Shown: positions 1-10,500 of the stretch, piece after piece | How positions within the stretch are numbered: the stretch's first letter is position 1 | How the letters are laid out: every line of letters starts with the position of its first letter | Origin: Rubrivivax sp. | GTDB lineage: Bacteria; Pseudomonadota; Gammaproteobacteria; Burkholderiales; Burkholderiaceae_C | Direction: 5' to 3' | NCBI GenBank assembly: GCA_049274755.1 | Contig: JBASTF010000206.1 | Coordinates: forward strand, 22,682 to 86,681 | DNA: 64,000 nt | The notes under the pieces: model-generated | Database searches by the model: none | The model's input: the letters and a program-made list of their open reading frames with translations, nothing else | What the model was told of the DNA's origin: nothing | Program-made: the position numbers and the translations under genes

Positions 1-22
1 CGCTCAAAAAAATTCATGCTGG

Positions 23-913
23 CTACTGAAGGGCAGTCGGATGCTGGCCGCCGTCGTACAAATCAGGCAATCCGACGGACTGAAGCACCATCGCTTGCAA
101 CATGCCAACCCTGCGGGACAAGAAGTCGTCGATCTGCATCGCAATATCCTCCGGCACCGAAAGCGCAGCGTAGGGTACTCGGCTAACCGCGGAGGCCAAC
201 CTCGTACAAACCGCGATCAATGCCGGGCGAAGCCTCACGCGTTCTTGCGCAGGGTAGCTGGCAACGCGCGAGAGCAAGAAGTTCGCCGTGGCAGGTGTGA
301 CATCAGTTGAGAAGAAGCGCTGGCCGCCTCCGCCGAGTGACCTTCCGTGGTCGATCAGCCACAGGTCACGGCGAGGGCCGAGCAGGATGTTGCCTTCGGT
401 CCGGTCGTCGTTTGCGATCAGTTGGTCGAACACAGCAGCGGCGGGAAGGCTTCCCCACTTGTCGATCAGGGCCGTCGCGACGTCGGAGGAGACGTTACTC
501 AGCGAGAGGGCGTTTTCGACGGCCCTTGTGGCGAAGCAAGTCGCGTGCTGATCGGTGCCAAACGGCCATGCGCAGCCTCTCGGCATGCGGCTGGCAGGCA
601 TGTCCAGGAGCATGGGCTCGGGCACCGGTAGCTCGATCTCCCTTGCCAACCACGCACACACGGCTTCGATACTCCTGGCGTTGACCGGCAGAACCTTGAC
701 AAACACGGGCTCGAATGGGCCGGGCCACGACCGCCACGCGCGAAGAACGACGCGAGGCGTCTGCTTCACGACCTGGATTGGAGTGGCGACGCTGCCGGAA
801 GCGAACCCATGCATCCAAGCATTGTGCGCTGACAAGAACGCCACCCCCTGACCCCAGGGCTGTCTTGGAGCAAACTTCGGTGAGCGCCATGCTTCGCTGG
901 GCACATCACCCAA
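23..913 (-). CDS. HipA-like / PI3-4-kinase-fold kinase domain protein (296 aa)
   Basis: ORF 23..913(-). The C-terminal half has 'FDQLIANDDRTEGNILLG...LWLIDHGRSLGG', which fits the catalytic-loop D..N plus DxG pattern of HipA_C-type kinases. Nothing else was recognised. Confidence 0.55.
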   Translation of the reverse strand: MGDVPSEAWRSPKFAPRQPWGQGVAFLSAHNAWMHGFASGSVATPIQVVKQTPRVVLRAWRSWPGPFEPVFVKVLPVNARSIEAVCAWLAREIELPVPEPMLLDMPASRMPRGCAWPFGTDQHATCFATRAVENALSLSNVSSDVATALIDKWGSLPAAAVFDQLIANDDRTEGNILLGPRRDLWLIDHGRSLGGGGQRFFSTDVTPATANFLLSRVASYPAQERVRLRPALIAVCTRLASAVSRVPYAALSVPEDIAMQIDDFLSRRVGMLQAMVLQSVGLPDLYDGGQHPTALQ

Positions 914-1053
914 CGGTCATTTGGGTTCCCGTTCGCAAACCGCTGGGCACAGCCTGGGCACAAAGTGGGCACAGGATGGGCACAAAGCAAAAAGCCACCC
1001 GGCTGGGTGGCTTCCGCTTCGCAGCTAACTCGTTGATCTAGCTGCTGTTTTCT

Positions 1054-1115
1054 TGGTTGCGGGGGCAAGATTTGAACTTGCGACCTTTGGGTTATGAGCC
1101 CTAGTATCCCCCGCG
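1054..1115 (-). pseudogene. Truncated initiator tRNA-fMet (CAU) remnant lacking the D-arm; possible tRNA-derived att repeat
   Basis: The reverse complement reads CGCGGGG-GATACTA-GGGCTCATAACCC-AAAGGTC-GCAAGTTCAAATCTTGC-CCCCGCA-ACCA. It has the acceptor 5' and 3' strands with the C1/A72 mismatch, the three G:C pairs flanking a CUCAUAA anticodon loop, a T-arm and CCA. About 22 nt (the D-arm) is replaced by 7 nt. Confidence 0.6.
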
Positions 1116-1956
1116 GCCTGATACTGCGTTAAAGGTTATTAATCGGCTTCTTGCTGTGCCGACAAGCACTTAGCTCATCCAGCCCCTGATCCGACCAAAA
1201 CCAAACAGTACCGCTTGGCATCTAACCGGCCGGAAAGTCCAACCTGCACACTGCAGGCTCGCCCCGACCGTTGGGGTGCAGTGTAGCTGATGCCGGCGCG
1301 CCGGTCACCCGTTCTGGCGCGCTCAAGCCTCCCATGATGACCTCGGCCATGTCCCGGGGTCATGTCTCAAGCCGAATCGCCTATGCGCGGCAACGTTCAG
1401 AGAAAGGCCTGCAGGCGAGTTGTTGCGTCTGACGTCAGCAATCCAGACACCGGTTGCGGCGAAGCGCGTCTTCCAACGGGGGGAGTCGACTTGACTTGGC
1501 GCGCCTGAGGTTCGGTATTGGCCAGCTTCGGGACCTCAACTGGTGACGTTCAGAGGGGCTGCCGGCGAACGTGGTCCCGGCGATGCCTGCGCCGACGCTC
1601 ATCTTCCCGAAACCTAGGACATGGCCTGAGTCAGGGCACAGCCGGTGGGCCATACGCCGAGCGATGGATGAGGCCGGCCACACCCAGGTTCTGTTCAGGC
1701 AGAGCTTCAACCTGGGGAGCTTCGCTGAACCAGTGGGATCCTCGCCGCTCTCCATCGGTGAATTCGTTGTTATGGGAACGATTGGTGTTCATGTTTCGCT
1801 GCCTAGGCAACGAAGCCCGTCCGCGCATCGTGTCGAGCCGAACCGTGCGCCGAGGAGCGACTCCCACGCGCTTGATTTAGGGTGAATCAACGTCTTTCCA
1901 GTGCCCCACAGCCAGATTTCGTTTCTATAGCAACGAAAACACCTAGAATCGCCTCT

Positions 1957-2280
1957 ATGTCCGACACCTCTCCATCCTTGCGAAGCTCGAAAGTGCGCCC
2001 CGTTCCCGTCGTGGTGGGCGGCGCCCTGGAGCGCTTGGGCGTCCGGGTCACGCTGGCGAGGAAGCTGCGCGGCCTGACGCAGGAGGAACTCGGCCACCTG
2101 GCCGACGTTTCCACCTCGACCGTTCGATCTCTGGAAGCAGGTGCCGATGGCGTCGCACTGGGCAATCTTCTCAAGGTGCTTCAGGCGCTGGGCCTGCTTG
2201 CTCAGGTCGAGAAGCTGCTCGATCCACATGATGATCCAGAGACGGTCGCCTACGCAGAGCGTCATTTGAGGCCTCGATGA
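1957..2280 (+). CDS. hipB: XRE-family HTH antitoxin, HipB-like
   Basis: Frame of ORF 1882..2280. The HTH core is 'LARKLRGLTQEELGHLADVSTSTVRSLEAG'. The stop overlaps the hipA start (ATGA at 2277-2280). ATG 1957 was chosen; GTG 1882 is an alternative start. Confidence 0.7.
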   Translation: MSDTSPSLRSSKVRPVPVVVGGALERLGVRVTLARKLRGLTQEELGHLADVSTSTVRSLEAGADGVALGNLLKVLQALGLLAQVEKLLDPHDDPETVAYAERHLRPR

Positions 2281-3593
2281 CGGTCGTCACGCCCGTCTGG
2301 GTCTGGCTTCCTGGCCAGGACGAGCCCAAGAGGGCCGGCGAGATCGTGGCCGGGACAGGCTCTCGCTTCATCTATCGCCCGGAGTACTTGAAGACCGCTG
2401 GGGCTGTGGCGTTGGATCCGGTCGAACTGCGGCTCTCCCGTTCGTCCAGAGGCTCTGCGATCCTGGGCTCGGACGGTTTGCCCGGCGTCATTCGGGATGC
2501 CAAGCCCGCCGGATACGGCGAAGACCGCCTCAGGGCGATCCACGGGAGCAACCTCGACGCGCTGCAACTCCTGGAACTCGGCGTTCCCGACGGTGTCGGG
2601 GCCATCGAGGCTTGCCACGACATCGACAGAAAGCTGCGATGGCGGCCCAAAGGCCTCGGTGCTCTGCAGCAGCTCACCGAAGCGCTGGAACTGGAAGAGC
2701 CCTCAAGCCGCGCACTGCGCCGCCTGAACGACGACCTGGATACAAGCGCTGGGGGGGACCGCCCCAAGGCAACCCTGGTGGACGAGGGCCGGCTGTGGCT
2801 GGTGAAGATGCAAGCACGCGGCGACCGACAAGCCATGCCGGCGCGCGAGTTCGTGACGATGCGTCTGGCCGAGCAGGCTGGCTTGAACGTGGCGCCCGTC
2901 AAGCTGCACACCTTTGGCGTGCACCAAGTCTTGATGGTGTTGCGTTTCGATCGGGAGGGTGACCCGTACAAGCCGACGCGAAAGCTCTATGCCAGCGCAC
3001 ACACGGTCCTGCGACTGCGCCTGGATTCTGTCAGGGGTGATCCCGAGCGCTCCTATCTCGGCCTGGCAGACCGGCTGCGAATCTGGACCAACGACGGCGC
3101 CGACGATCACCGCGAGCGCCTGGCAGCACAGCTGGCCGAGCTTTGGAAACGAATGGCCTTCCACGCCTTGGTGGGCAACACCGATGACCATGCGCTGAAC
3201 ACCGGGTTGCTCTTCGATCGCGTGGGGGAGGACGCGGGACGCAGGGCCTGGGGGCTCTCTCCTGCCTTCGACATCACGCCCAACATGACAGGCCCGCCGC
3301 AAAGCATCGAGGAAGGCCCGCAACTGTCACTGGCGACCGGCACGGATGGACGCTCGGGCACGAGCGTCAAGCGGCTTGCCGAGGCAGCCGATCGGATGGG
3401 GCTGGACCGCGAGCACGCTATGAGCTGGCTGCAAGACACTGCCACGCAGGTTGCCCAGCAGTGGGAGCCCATGTTGCGAGCGGCAGCCCACCCGGTCATG
3501 CCTGACCCGGCGCGCATGGCGCGGCTCGTGGACGATGTCCGTCCGTCGTTTGCGTATTCGGAGTGGCTGGCGCAGGCACGGCCGGCAGGCTGA
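2277..3593 (+). CDS. hipA: Type II toxin HipA-family serine/threonine kinase (438 aa)
   Basis: 'RLWLVKMQARGD', 'FHALVGNTDDHALNTGLLF' (HipA catalytic loop) and 'LSPAFDITP'. It is coupled to the upstream HTH gene. Confidence 0.9.
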   Translation: MTVVTPVWVWLPGQDEPKRAGEIVAGTGSRFIYRPEYLKTAGAVALDPVELRLSRSSRGSAILGSDGLPGVIRDAKPAGYGEDRLRAIHGSNLDALQLLELGVPDGVGAIEACHDIDRKLRWRPKGLGALQQLTEALELEEPSSRALRRLNDDLDTSAGGDRPKATLVDEGRLWLVKMQARGDRQAMPAREFVTMRLAEQAGLNVAPVKLHTFGVHQVLMVLRFDREGDPYKPTRKLYASAHTVLRLRLDSVRGDPERSYLGLADRLRIWTNDGADDHRERLAAQLAELWKRMAFHALVGNTDDHALNTGLLFDRVGEDAGRRAWGLSPAFDITPNMTGPPQSIEEGPQLSLATGTDGRSGTSVKRLAEAADRMGLDREHAMSWLQDTATQVAQQWEPMLRAAAHPVMPDPARMARLVDDVRPSFAYSEWLAQARPAG

Positions 3594-3908
3594 TCGATCG
3601 TCGGATGGCGTAGGCGACGTGCGTTGCGGAACCGACGCACCGCGAGCGGTCGTGCATCGACCCCTTGGACGTGACAGGAGCTTGACCAACCTTGCGCTGC
3701 GGCGGAGCCAGCTTCGGCTGCGCGCGAAGTGCGGTGCTCAGCAGATGCCCGAATTCGCCAACTCCCCCCCTCATTCAAGGGGGTCAGCTCGACTTTTCAT
3801 GTCTTATTGACTGGCGCATGGAAATTACGCCGATTGCCCAAAATAATATTCAAAGATAACTGCCTCGAAATTACAACAAAACCAGAGATCGAATTAAATT
3901 AACTTGCC

Positions 3909-3926
3909 TTAGTGCACGCGCACTAA
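3909..3926. promoter_or_regulatory. Inverted repeat TTAGTGC-N4-GCACTAA in an AT-rich upstream region (candidate operator)
   Basis: Perfect 7-bp arms read directly from the sequence. It lies about 70 nt upstream of ATG 3997, inside the only markedly AT-rich stretch (about 3780-3996) of the first 11 kb. Confidence 0.3.
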
Positions 3927-3996
3927 ATATGCTGAGTCAAGCCTGCACGAGTTACTTCTCGGCACGACTGGACAACCTACAACTGCGCGTAAAGGC

Positions 3997-4575
3997 ATGA
4001 CGAGAAAGAAGCACTTCACTCAGCTCATTGAGTTTCAGCTCACAGAGCTGACGACGATCCGGTACGTGGATCCGGATGTTCAGCACCTGCGAAATCAGGC
4101 GGATCTAGCGGGCGATCATTTGATCGACAGCACCTGCTGGACAGGCGACGGCCTGCTCGCGGTTGCAACCTGCTACCCGGTCATCTTGCGGCGCAGCACG
4201 ACCTCCCAAGGCATGTACGAGGTGATTGCCAATGGCGCACTGCTACCCGCCTTGCGCCTGAAGCATCCCGAGATTTCGGCGGTCCCGGCGCTCGTTTGTT
4301 CCCATGTCAGCAGCCACGACAAGCGCCTGCTGGCCGGAAGCGAAATGCTGGGCCTGTCGGCACTGTTCAGACACCGGGAGCGACAGGTGGAGGCCATGGC
4401 TGCCATGTGGATGGCCATGCGGGCCGCCGGCGTCAACGCGCTGTCCGGCGAATTGCAGACCACGCTGGAAAAGGCCTGCCGGGTGAACTCGCGAACGGCG
4501 GCTGCGGCCCTCAGCAGTGTCCCCCGCCAGCCGCGGTTGACCGTCATGGGTGCGTCCGCAGCGGGGCAAGCATGA
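3997..4575 (+). CDS. Hypothetical protein (192 aa), translationally coupled to the giant recombinase-domain gene
   Basis: ORF 3997..4575(+) follows the AT-rich region. Its stop overlaps the next start (ATGA 4572-4575). The only family hint is a weak ParB/Srx-like pattern ('YEVIANGALLPALRL'), so no family is assigned. Confidence 0.6.
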   Translation: MTRKKHFTQLIEFQLTELTTIRYVDPDVQHLRNQADLAGDHLIDSTCWTGDGLLAVATCYPVILRRSTTSQGMYEVIANGALLPALRLKHPEISAVPALVCSHVSSHDKRLLAGSEMLGLSALFRHRERQVEAMAAMWMAMRAAGVNALSGELQTTLEKACRVNSRTAAAALSSVPRQPRLTVMGASAAGQA

Positions 4576-7500
4576 AGCTTAACGCGCTGCCGGCATTGGC
4601 AGACAGCCTCGTGTACCAGGCCCTCGTCCACGACGTCAGGGACCACGACCTGGACACCGAAGCGCTGGACACGCTGCTGTGGCTGCTTGGCGCCCACCCG
4701 CAGTTGGTCGCCCATGCCCGTGTGTTCGAGAACCTGCGCACCCTGCTCTCTTTGCCGATGCTTGCGGACATGCATTTGTCGTGGGCGAGCAACTGGACGG
4801 CTTCGCTGCCGGCGATCCGCGAACTCCTGGTCTGGTTCTCTGCAGAGAAGAGCCGGCTCGCCGAGATCCAGCCGCTGGCTCCTCTGTTCGCTGCACCGAC
4901 CAACAAGGCGGAGCACCCGCTTGTGGGCCAACACGTCGACCGTCACCCTGTCGCGGCTGCGCTCTGGAGCCGAGCGGCCCAGGAGTTCGCGGCCGAGTAC
5001 CTGGAGTTGCAAGGCCATGTGCTGGTGATCTACGCCGAGGCGCGTAGGCGTGCAGCAGCGCAGCGGGCCGACTTCTTCACTTACGCCGGTGCCCGGGAGT
5101 TTGCGCCCTCGCCCATGAATGGCGGCCCGCTCGGCCGTGCAGTCCGCGAGCTGGCTAAGCCGGAACTGGCGCCAGCCTTGATTCAGCTTCCACGCGCGCA
5201 TTCGACGCGCCAGTTCGCGAACCTGCTGAAAACCTTCACGGCGGACTTCAGGGAAGTGGACTCCACCAGCAAGTCCAGGATGGATGACGCTCTGGCATCG
5301 ATCAAGGCCCACTTCGCCAACCTGGAGAACATGCTGAAGCGCGAAGGACTGCATGCACGGACGCGGAAGGCCGGTCAGCGCAGCGGATCCACCGGGCGGC
5401 AGGGATATGCCCCATACGCCTCTGGCTCACCCATCCTGCTGATGAATCCAGGCTCCACAAACGAGGCAGGCGGGCTCATCACTGTGGCCACAGTGCTGGA
5501 CCCTTCGCCAGAAGACGATGATCAGGTCCTCGAGGCATCGGGACTGTGCCCGCTGGAAGTGATCGAGCCGCTGCTGCACCTCTATGAGTACGAAGAGCTC
5601 GCAGCCAAGACAAGCAGCCTGAACCTCCAGCAGGCCACCATGGAGTCGCATGCCCAGGCGATGCGCTACTCAACAGACCATGCCAGTGCGGCGGACGTCA
5701 AGGCGCTTTGCCTCCTGGCCAATGGAGCCGAGCAGACTGCCCGGCATGCTGCACGTGGTGAGCGCGCCAGTGCCCAGCAGGTCTGGAAGGGCGGGCTTCT
5801 CGCCATGCAGATGTTGACTCTGGGGTGGGAGCTCGAGCGGGCCCGCGCGCTGATCGTCGAATACATCGACGACCTCACAGCTGACGCCATCGACCGCTTG
5901 CTCAGCAGGCCGATCGACCGACCACGCCTGCTGGCGCACCATGCGTCTGACGCAGAGACGCCACGGGTGGTCGGCTATCTCATTCCAGGTCTGGCGCCCA
6001 CCTACAAGACCGACCTCACACCTGCCACCGCCGCCATCGGACGGCTTCGGCACGAGGCGCTGCTACTGCCTGACGCCACGGGCGTCGGGCAACGCGCGCT
6101 GGCTCTGGCGCTGGCCGAGGGCAGGGCCAGCAAGACTGGCGACAGCTTGTTCGGCATGGAGCCCAAGACCGCCAAGGCAGCTGTCAGCCTCTTCATGGAC
6201 CAGGTTCAAAGGCAGCTGCAGCCCCCAGACTCGATGGCAAAGCGCAGCGTCCTGACGCTGGGCAAGATCGCGGGGGCCATTCCTGCTGCGATCCTCTCGA
6301 AGTGTGGCGACCAGGTGCCGGCCTGGATCATCTGCTGGCAGACCACGAAGGCCAACGAGGCGAGGCTCTTCTACTCACAGTTTTCTGTCGGCCAGCTGCA
6401 GCAGCTTTACCTCAGCGCGCTGCGGCGGCTGATGCCTCCTGGCCAAGTCTCTTCCGTAGTCGCAACGCCATTGGGACGGAGCGAGAGCCCATTGGACGCC
6501 AGCTCGGCGACCCGTGTATTGGGAGCTCGGTTCGTTGCCCGACACGACGCCGTCTTGTCGCTGGTCGAGCGTCTTCAGGCCGCGGTGAGTACTGGGCCAG
6601 ACCTCCAGAAGATCAGTGAGATCACGCGGTACCACAACAACTACGTTCTCTATACGTGGCTGCTGCAAACGATGCGCACGTCTCTGCGTGCGATCACATC
6701 GCCTACCGCGCTGCTGCACGCCGTCGAGCGCATGGCACTGGCCACAGGTCCGTTCGACCGCCCGCAGGTGGTCTACACCGCCATCAGCGACAAATCGGGC
6801 GGCCTCGAGGACCGCGCCCGCCTGGTCGCGCTGCAGGGCGATTTGCTCGACCAGCTCGATCACTTCCGTGCGCACACCGCGGTGGTCCTGGGCAGGTTGG
6901 AGATCGCAGCGGATTGGGGCAACAGCAGCGCGGAGTGCCAGCGACTGTTCTGGCTGGACAGCAACATCAGGCCAAAGCCAGTGACACCGGCGTGGCTGGA
7001 GGACTCACTGGCAGCGCTGGGCTTTCCCGCACCGGCAAACTTCAGCCGCGGCTACCTCCGAACGGAGCTGCTGCAGTCAGGCTGCCCGCCGCAGGCGATT
7101 GACGCACTGCTGGGCCATCACAGCTTCGGTGAGAACCCGAGCGCGCGTTACTCGAGCCTGGACTGGCCTCTGCAGATGAGAGTCGTCAGCACCCATCTCG
7201 ACAAGGTGCTGGGCGACCTGGGTCTTCGAGCGTTACGCAGTCACTTGCTGCCGGCTGCCGTCGACCCCGTCAGCGCGCCGTGGCGGCTACCGCCGGCCGA
7301 CCTGAAGGCACTGCCGTTGCCTCCAACGCGTATCACCCGAAAGCTGCCGGAAAGTACCCAGGACTTCGACACGGCTGCGGCACACGAACTCTGGACAGCG
7401 GTCAGCCAACAGAGTACCGAGCAAACCCGGCGGCAGGCACCCGCTCTGCTGGCCTTCCTGCGCGATGCCGACAACCCAGGCGCCAAAGCCCTGCTCTGTT

Positions 7501-10500
7501 GCGATGGGCGCCATGTGGCCGACGCCGCAAGAACGGAAAGCGCCCGCCAGCTTGAGGCATTGGTCCTGGAGCAGTACGCCAAGCGACGCGTGACTCGGCT
7601 CAATGTCATGCACTGGCTGCGGATGCTGCACAGCGCCGAGCGGCGGATGCGCGCAGCGGGACATTTGATGGTGCTGACCCGCCTCGCCTACGTCCGGGCA
7701 GAGACGCCCAGCGTCTTCGGCTCGCAGAACACCTGGACACTGCCTGCATTCCACGCCTGGCGCGCGGCGCTCGAGCGCTGGGTGCGAGAGCTGCCTTCGC
7801 GGCGAGCCGCAAGACAACAGCATCCGCTGACCTGGTGCGCGGCAGTGGTTCTTTCCGCCATCACGGGCGCCATGATGCTGGACCGGACACTCCTGCGGCA
7901 CTGGCTGCTGACGCTTTCCGGCGAAGGTGACCGGGCCTTGGCAACGGCAAATGGACACGGATGTCTGCACGTCAACCTGCCGTCGACGTTACCCGGCGGC
8001 ACTCAGTCCCGTGCGTGTTTCCTGGACCCGCTCACAGAGCTGCTGGTGTTGCGTTTGCCGTCACTGCCCCACGCCATCGGGCTGAGCGAGCTTCGGCAAC
8101 CTATGCGCGATCTGCTGTTGGGGGAAGGCGTTCCCCAGGCCTGGATTCCGCGATCCTGGAGTCCGGTGCTGCGGGCGGCCAGAACCTACTGGTCAACGCA
8201 GGCACCGCAGTTCGTCGTGCAGGCCGCAAACCGGGGTTTCGCAACCGACGCGCTGCGAATGGACTGCTGGTCGCGGTTGTTCCAGCATGAACTGCTGCTG
8301 CTACCGCTGCCAGGTCGGCTGGCAGCGGAAGAGCCATCTGACGATGGGGTAGGTGCCGCTGGCGATCTGGAAGGTACAGCCGTGGCAGGCAGCCTGGAGG
8401 AAGGTGACCATGAGACGGATCCGTTGCCGGAGGATGCGATTGCGGCTCATCCTTGGCTCGCGGATTTGAGCCATGCCCTCGACACGGACGATCTGCCTTC
8501 CGCCATGGCCAAGCTTTCGCAGGAACTCACGAAGTTCGAAGGGCACCCCACGGCCCAGCGGTATGCCACCTGGTTGATCGACAACCTAACGCAAACCCCC
8601 GGCACGGAAGACAGTCGCACGCCGCGAGGGGTCAGCCGCAACTTGCTTCGACTTGTTCCCCGCCTGTTGATCGAGTTCGGTGACACGTGGCCGGGTGACC
8701 TCCTGGCTGACGAGCGTGACCGACGTATGCAACTACTCCTTGATGCGGAATCGGCGCTTGATGGGCGGCGGGAAATGAGCGCCATGCTCGCCACTTTGCT
8801 GCCCGGCAATGATGCGCATCGCGCAGGTGGGCCGAACTGGTTTGACGATCTGGACCTTGATGGAGAGGACGGACCCCGCGTCGATGCCCGCATCGTCAGC
8901 ATCGACGCATTGGTCCGGGCACTTGCGCTTGCTCGGTCAGGGATAGAGCCGTTCATCGCCCCAGACGAGCGCGAGATCGTTGAGGTGGCCATGATGCTGG
9001 CAGGACGAACCGGTACTCGCCCTACGGAGTGGCTCGGGCTGCGACTGGTGGACGTCTCCGACCAGAAGGGTCTCGAACTGCTCATTCGCCCACACCCAGA
9101 GCGACCTCTCAAGTCAGCCAACGCTGAGAGGCGAGTGCCGGTTTCAGCGCTGCTTGGCGCAGGGGAACGGCGTCAGTTACGGGCGTGGATGGCGCGCCGT
9201 CGCGATGAGGTCGCGCATCTCCCGTTGGACCAGCAGCAACGCGCGCCGCTGTTTCACCTTGACAAGTGGCAAACCACCGCCGTCCGTGTTCAACGCTTGA
9301 CCACGCTGATCACTCGCCTGCTGCGGCAGGCCAGCGGCGACCCGCTGGTGCGCGTCTACAGCTTACGCCACTCGTTCTGCACCTGGACCTGCCTGGCCCT
9401 CACCGCCCCGGAAAGCCAACCGCTGCTGCACTTCCTGCGGGACCTTCCACTGACCCGCGCCTGGATAGGACGTGGCCTCGTGCTTCGCAGGCAGTTGCTG
9501 CCAGGGAAGATCGGCCCGGAAAGAAGATGTCTCCACGCACTCAGCCGGCTGATGGGCCATATGTCGCCAGCGGTGACACTGGCGCATTACACACATCTCG
9601 TGGACCTCCTGCAATTCGACGCAGTCAGCCGAACGTCGGCGAAGGTAGAAGCAGCCGTTCTGGTCGCAGCGTCATGCCTGCCAGCCTCAACGGCCTATGA
9701 GCGCATCGCGCGTTCAGTCCAATCCCTCGTTAAGGCTACACGGGCCTATGTCGGTGCGGCACCTGCGGCCACTCAGCCCGCCGTCCGTGTGCACGACCCC
9801 CTCGGGATGGGCTCGCCCCACTGGTCTGCGGACAAGGTCCGATCCGTTTTGAACGCATGGCTCACGAGCGCACAACCTCCCTCGCGCATCGCTACGCACT
9901 TTGGGGTCACAGAGGCCGACGTGTGCAGGATGGCAGACGCGGCGGCAGAGCTTGGGCTGCTGCTCGGGGAACCGTTGAGGTCGTCAGTTTTGGATAGCGT
10001 TCGAGCGACGTGTTGTCCGCCGATTGGGCGGTTGAACGATGCGCAGCGCAGGACGAGAGACGATCTCTTCGACCGCGCCATCCGCGTCTGGCGGGCCAAC
10101 CCGGCACTAGCAGATCAGGGGGTGCGGCTACATCTGCAGAACATAGATCAGGGCATGAACGACGTTGTGTTTACCGACGCGACCTCGCTGAAGACCTACC
10201 TGTCCTTCCTGGACGCCTGCTCGGTGGCGCCACGCGCCGTGAAGATCTGTCTGCGCCGAACCGCCGATACCGACGTGGAACTGCCCGAATGGGCGAAGGG
10301 TTACCTAGGGCCGTACAGTGAATGTGCCGTCCACGTGATCCGGCCTCGGTCACTCGACTCGGTCGAAGGTTACTTCAGGTGGATAGGCCTGAAGATCTTT
10401 GACGAAGAGGGGCGAGGATCCGGGGTTTGGTTGTCGAGGGCGTGGTTCTATTCCGCAGTTGTTGGAAGGAACTTCCTCACCGGGCGCGGCACACCCCACT

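Noticed and set aside
1054-1130. A functional full-length tRNA-Met gene
   Set aside because: Extending to ~77 nt does not yield a D-arm or a 5-bp anticodon stem. Only a 62-nt D-armless structure can be drawn, so it is called a remnant or pseudogene.
1116-1880. Several 60-120-aa ORFs on both strands between the tRNA remnant and hipB
   Set aside because: They overlap each other, have no RBS or start context I could support, and carry no motifs. I left the region unannotated apart from noting a hairpin at 1248-1284.
4296-4571. N-terminal extension of the giant ORF (2092-aa version)
   Set aside because: The extension overlaps the 3997..4575 gene in another frame and is Gly/Arg/Pro-rich. ATG 4572 forms an ATGA overlap with the upstream stop, which is the more parsimonious start.
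4173-5354. 393-aa minus-strand ORF
   Set aside because: It is antisense to the two plus-strand genes and has no motifs, so it is a shadow ORF.
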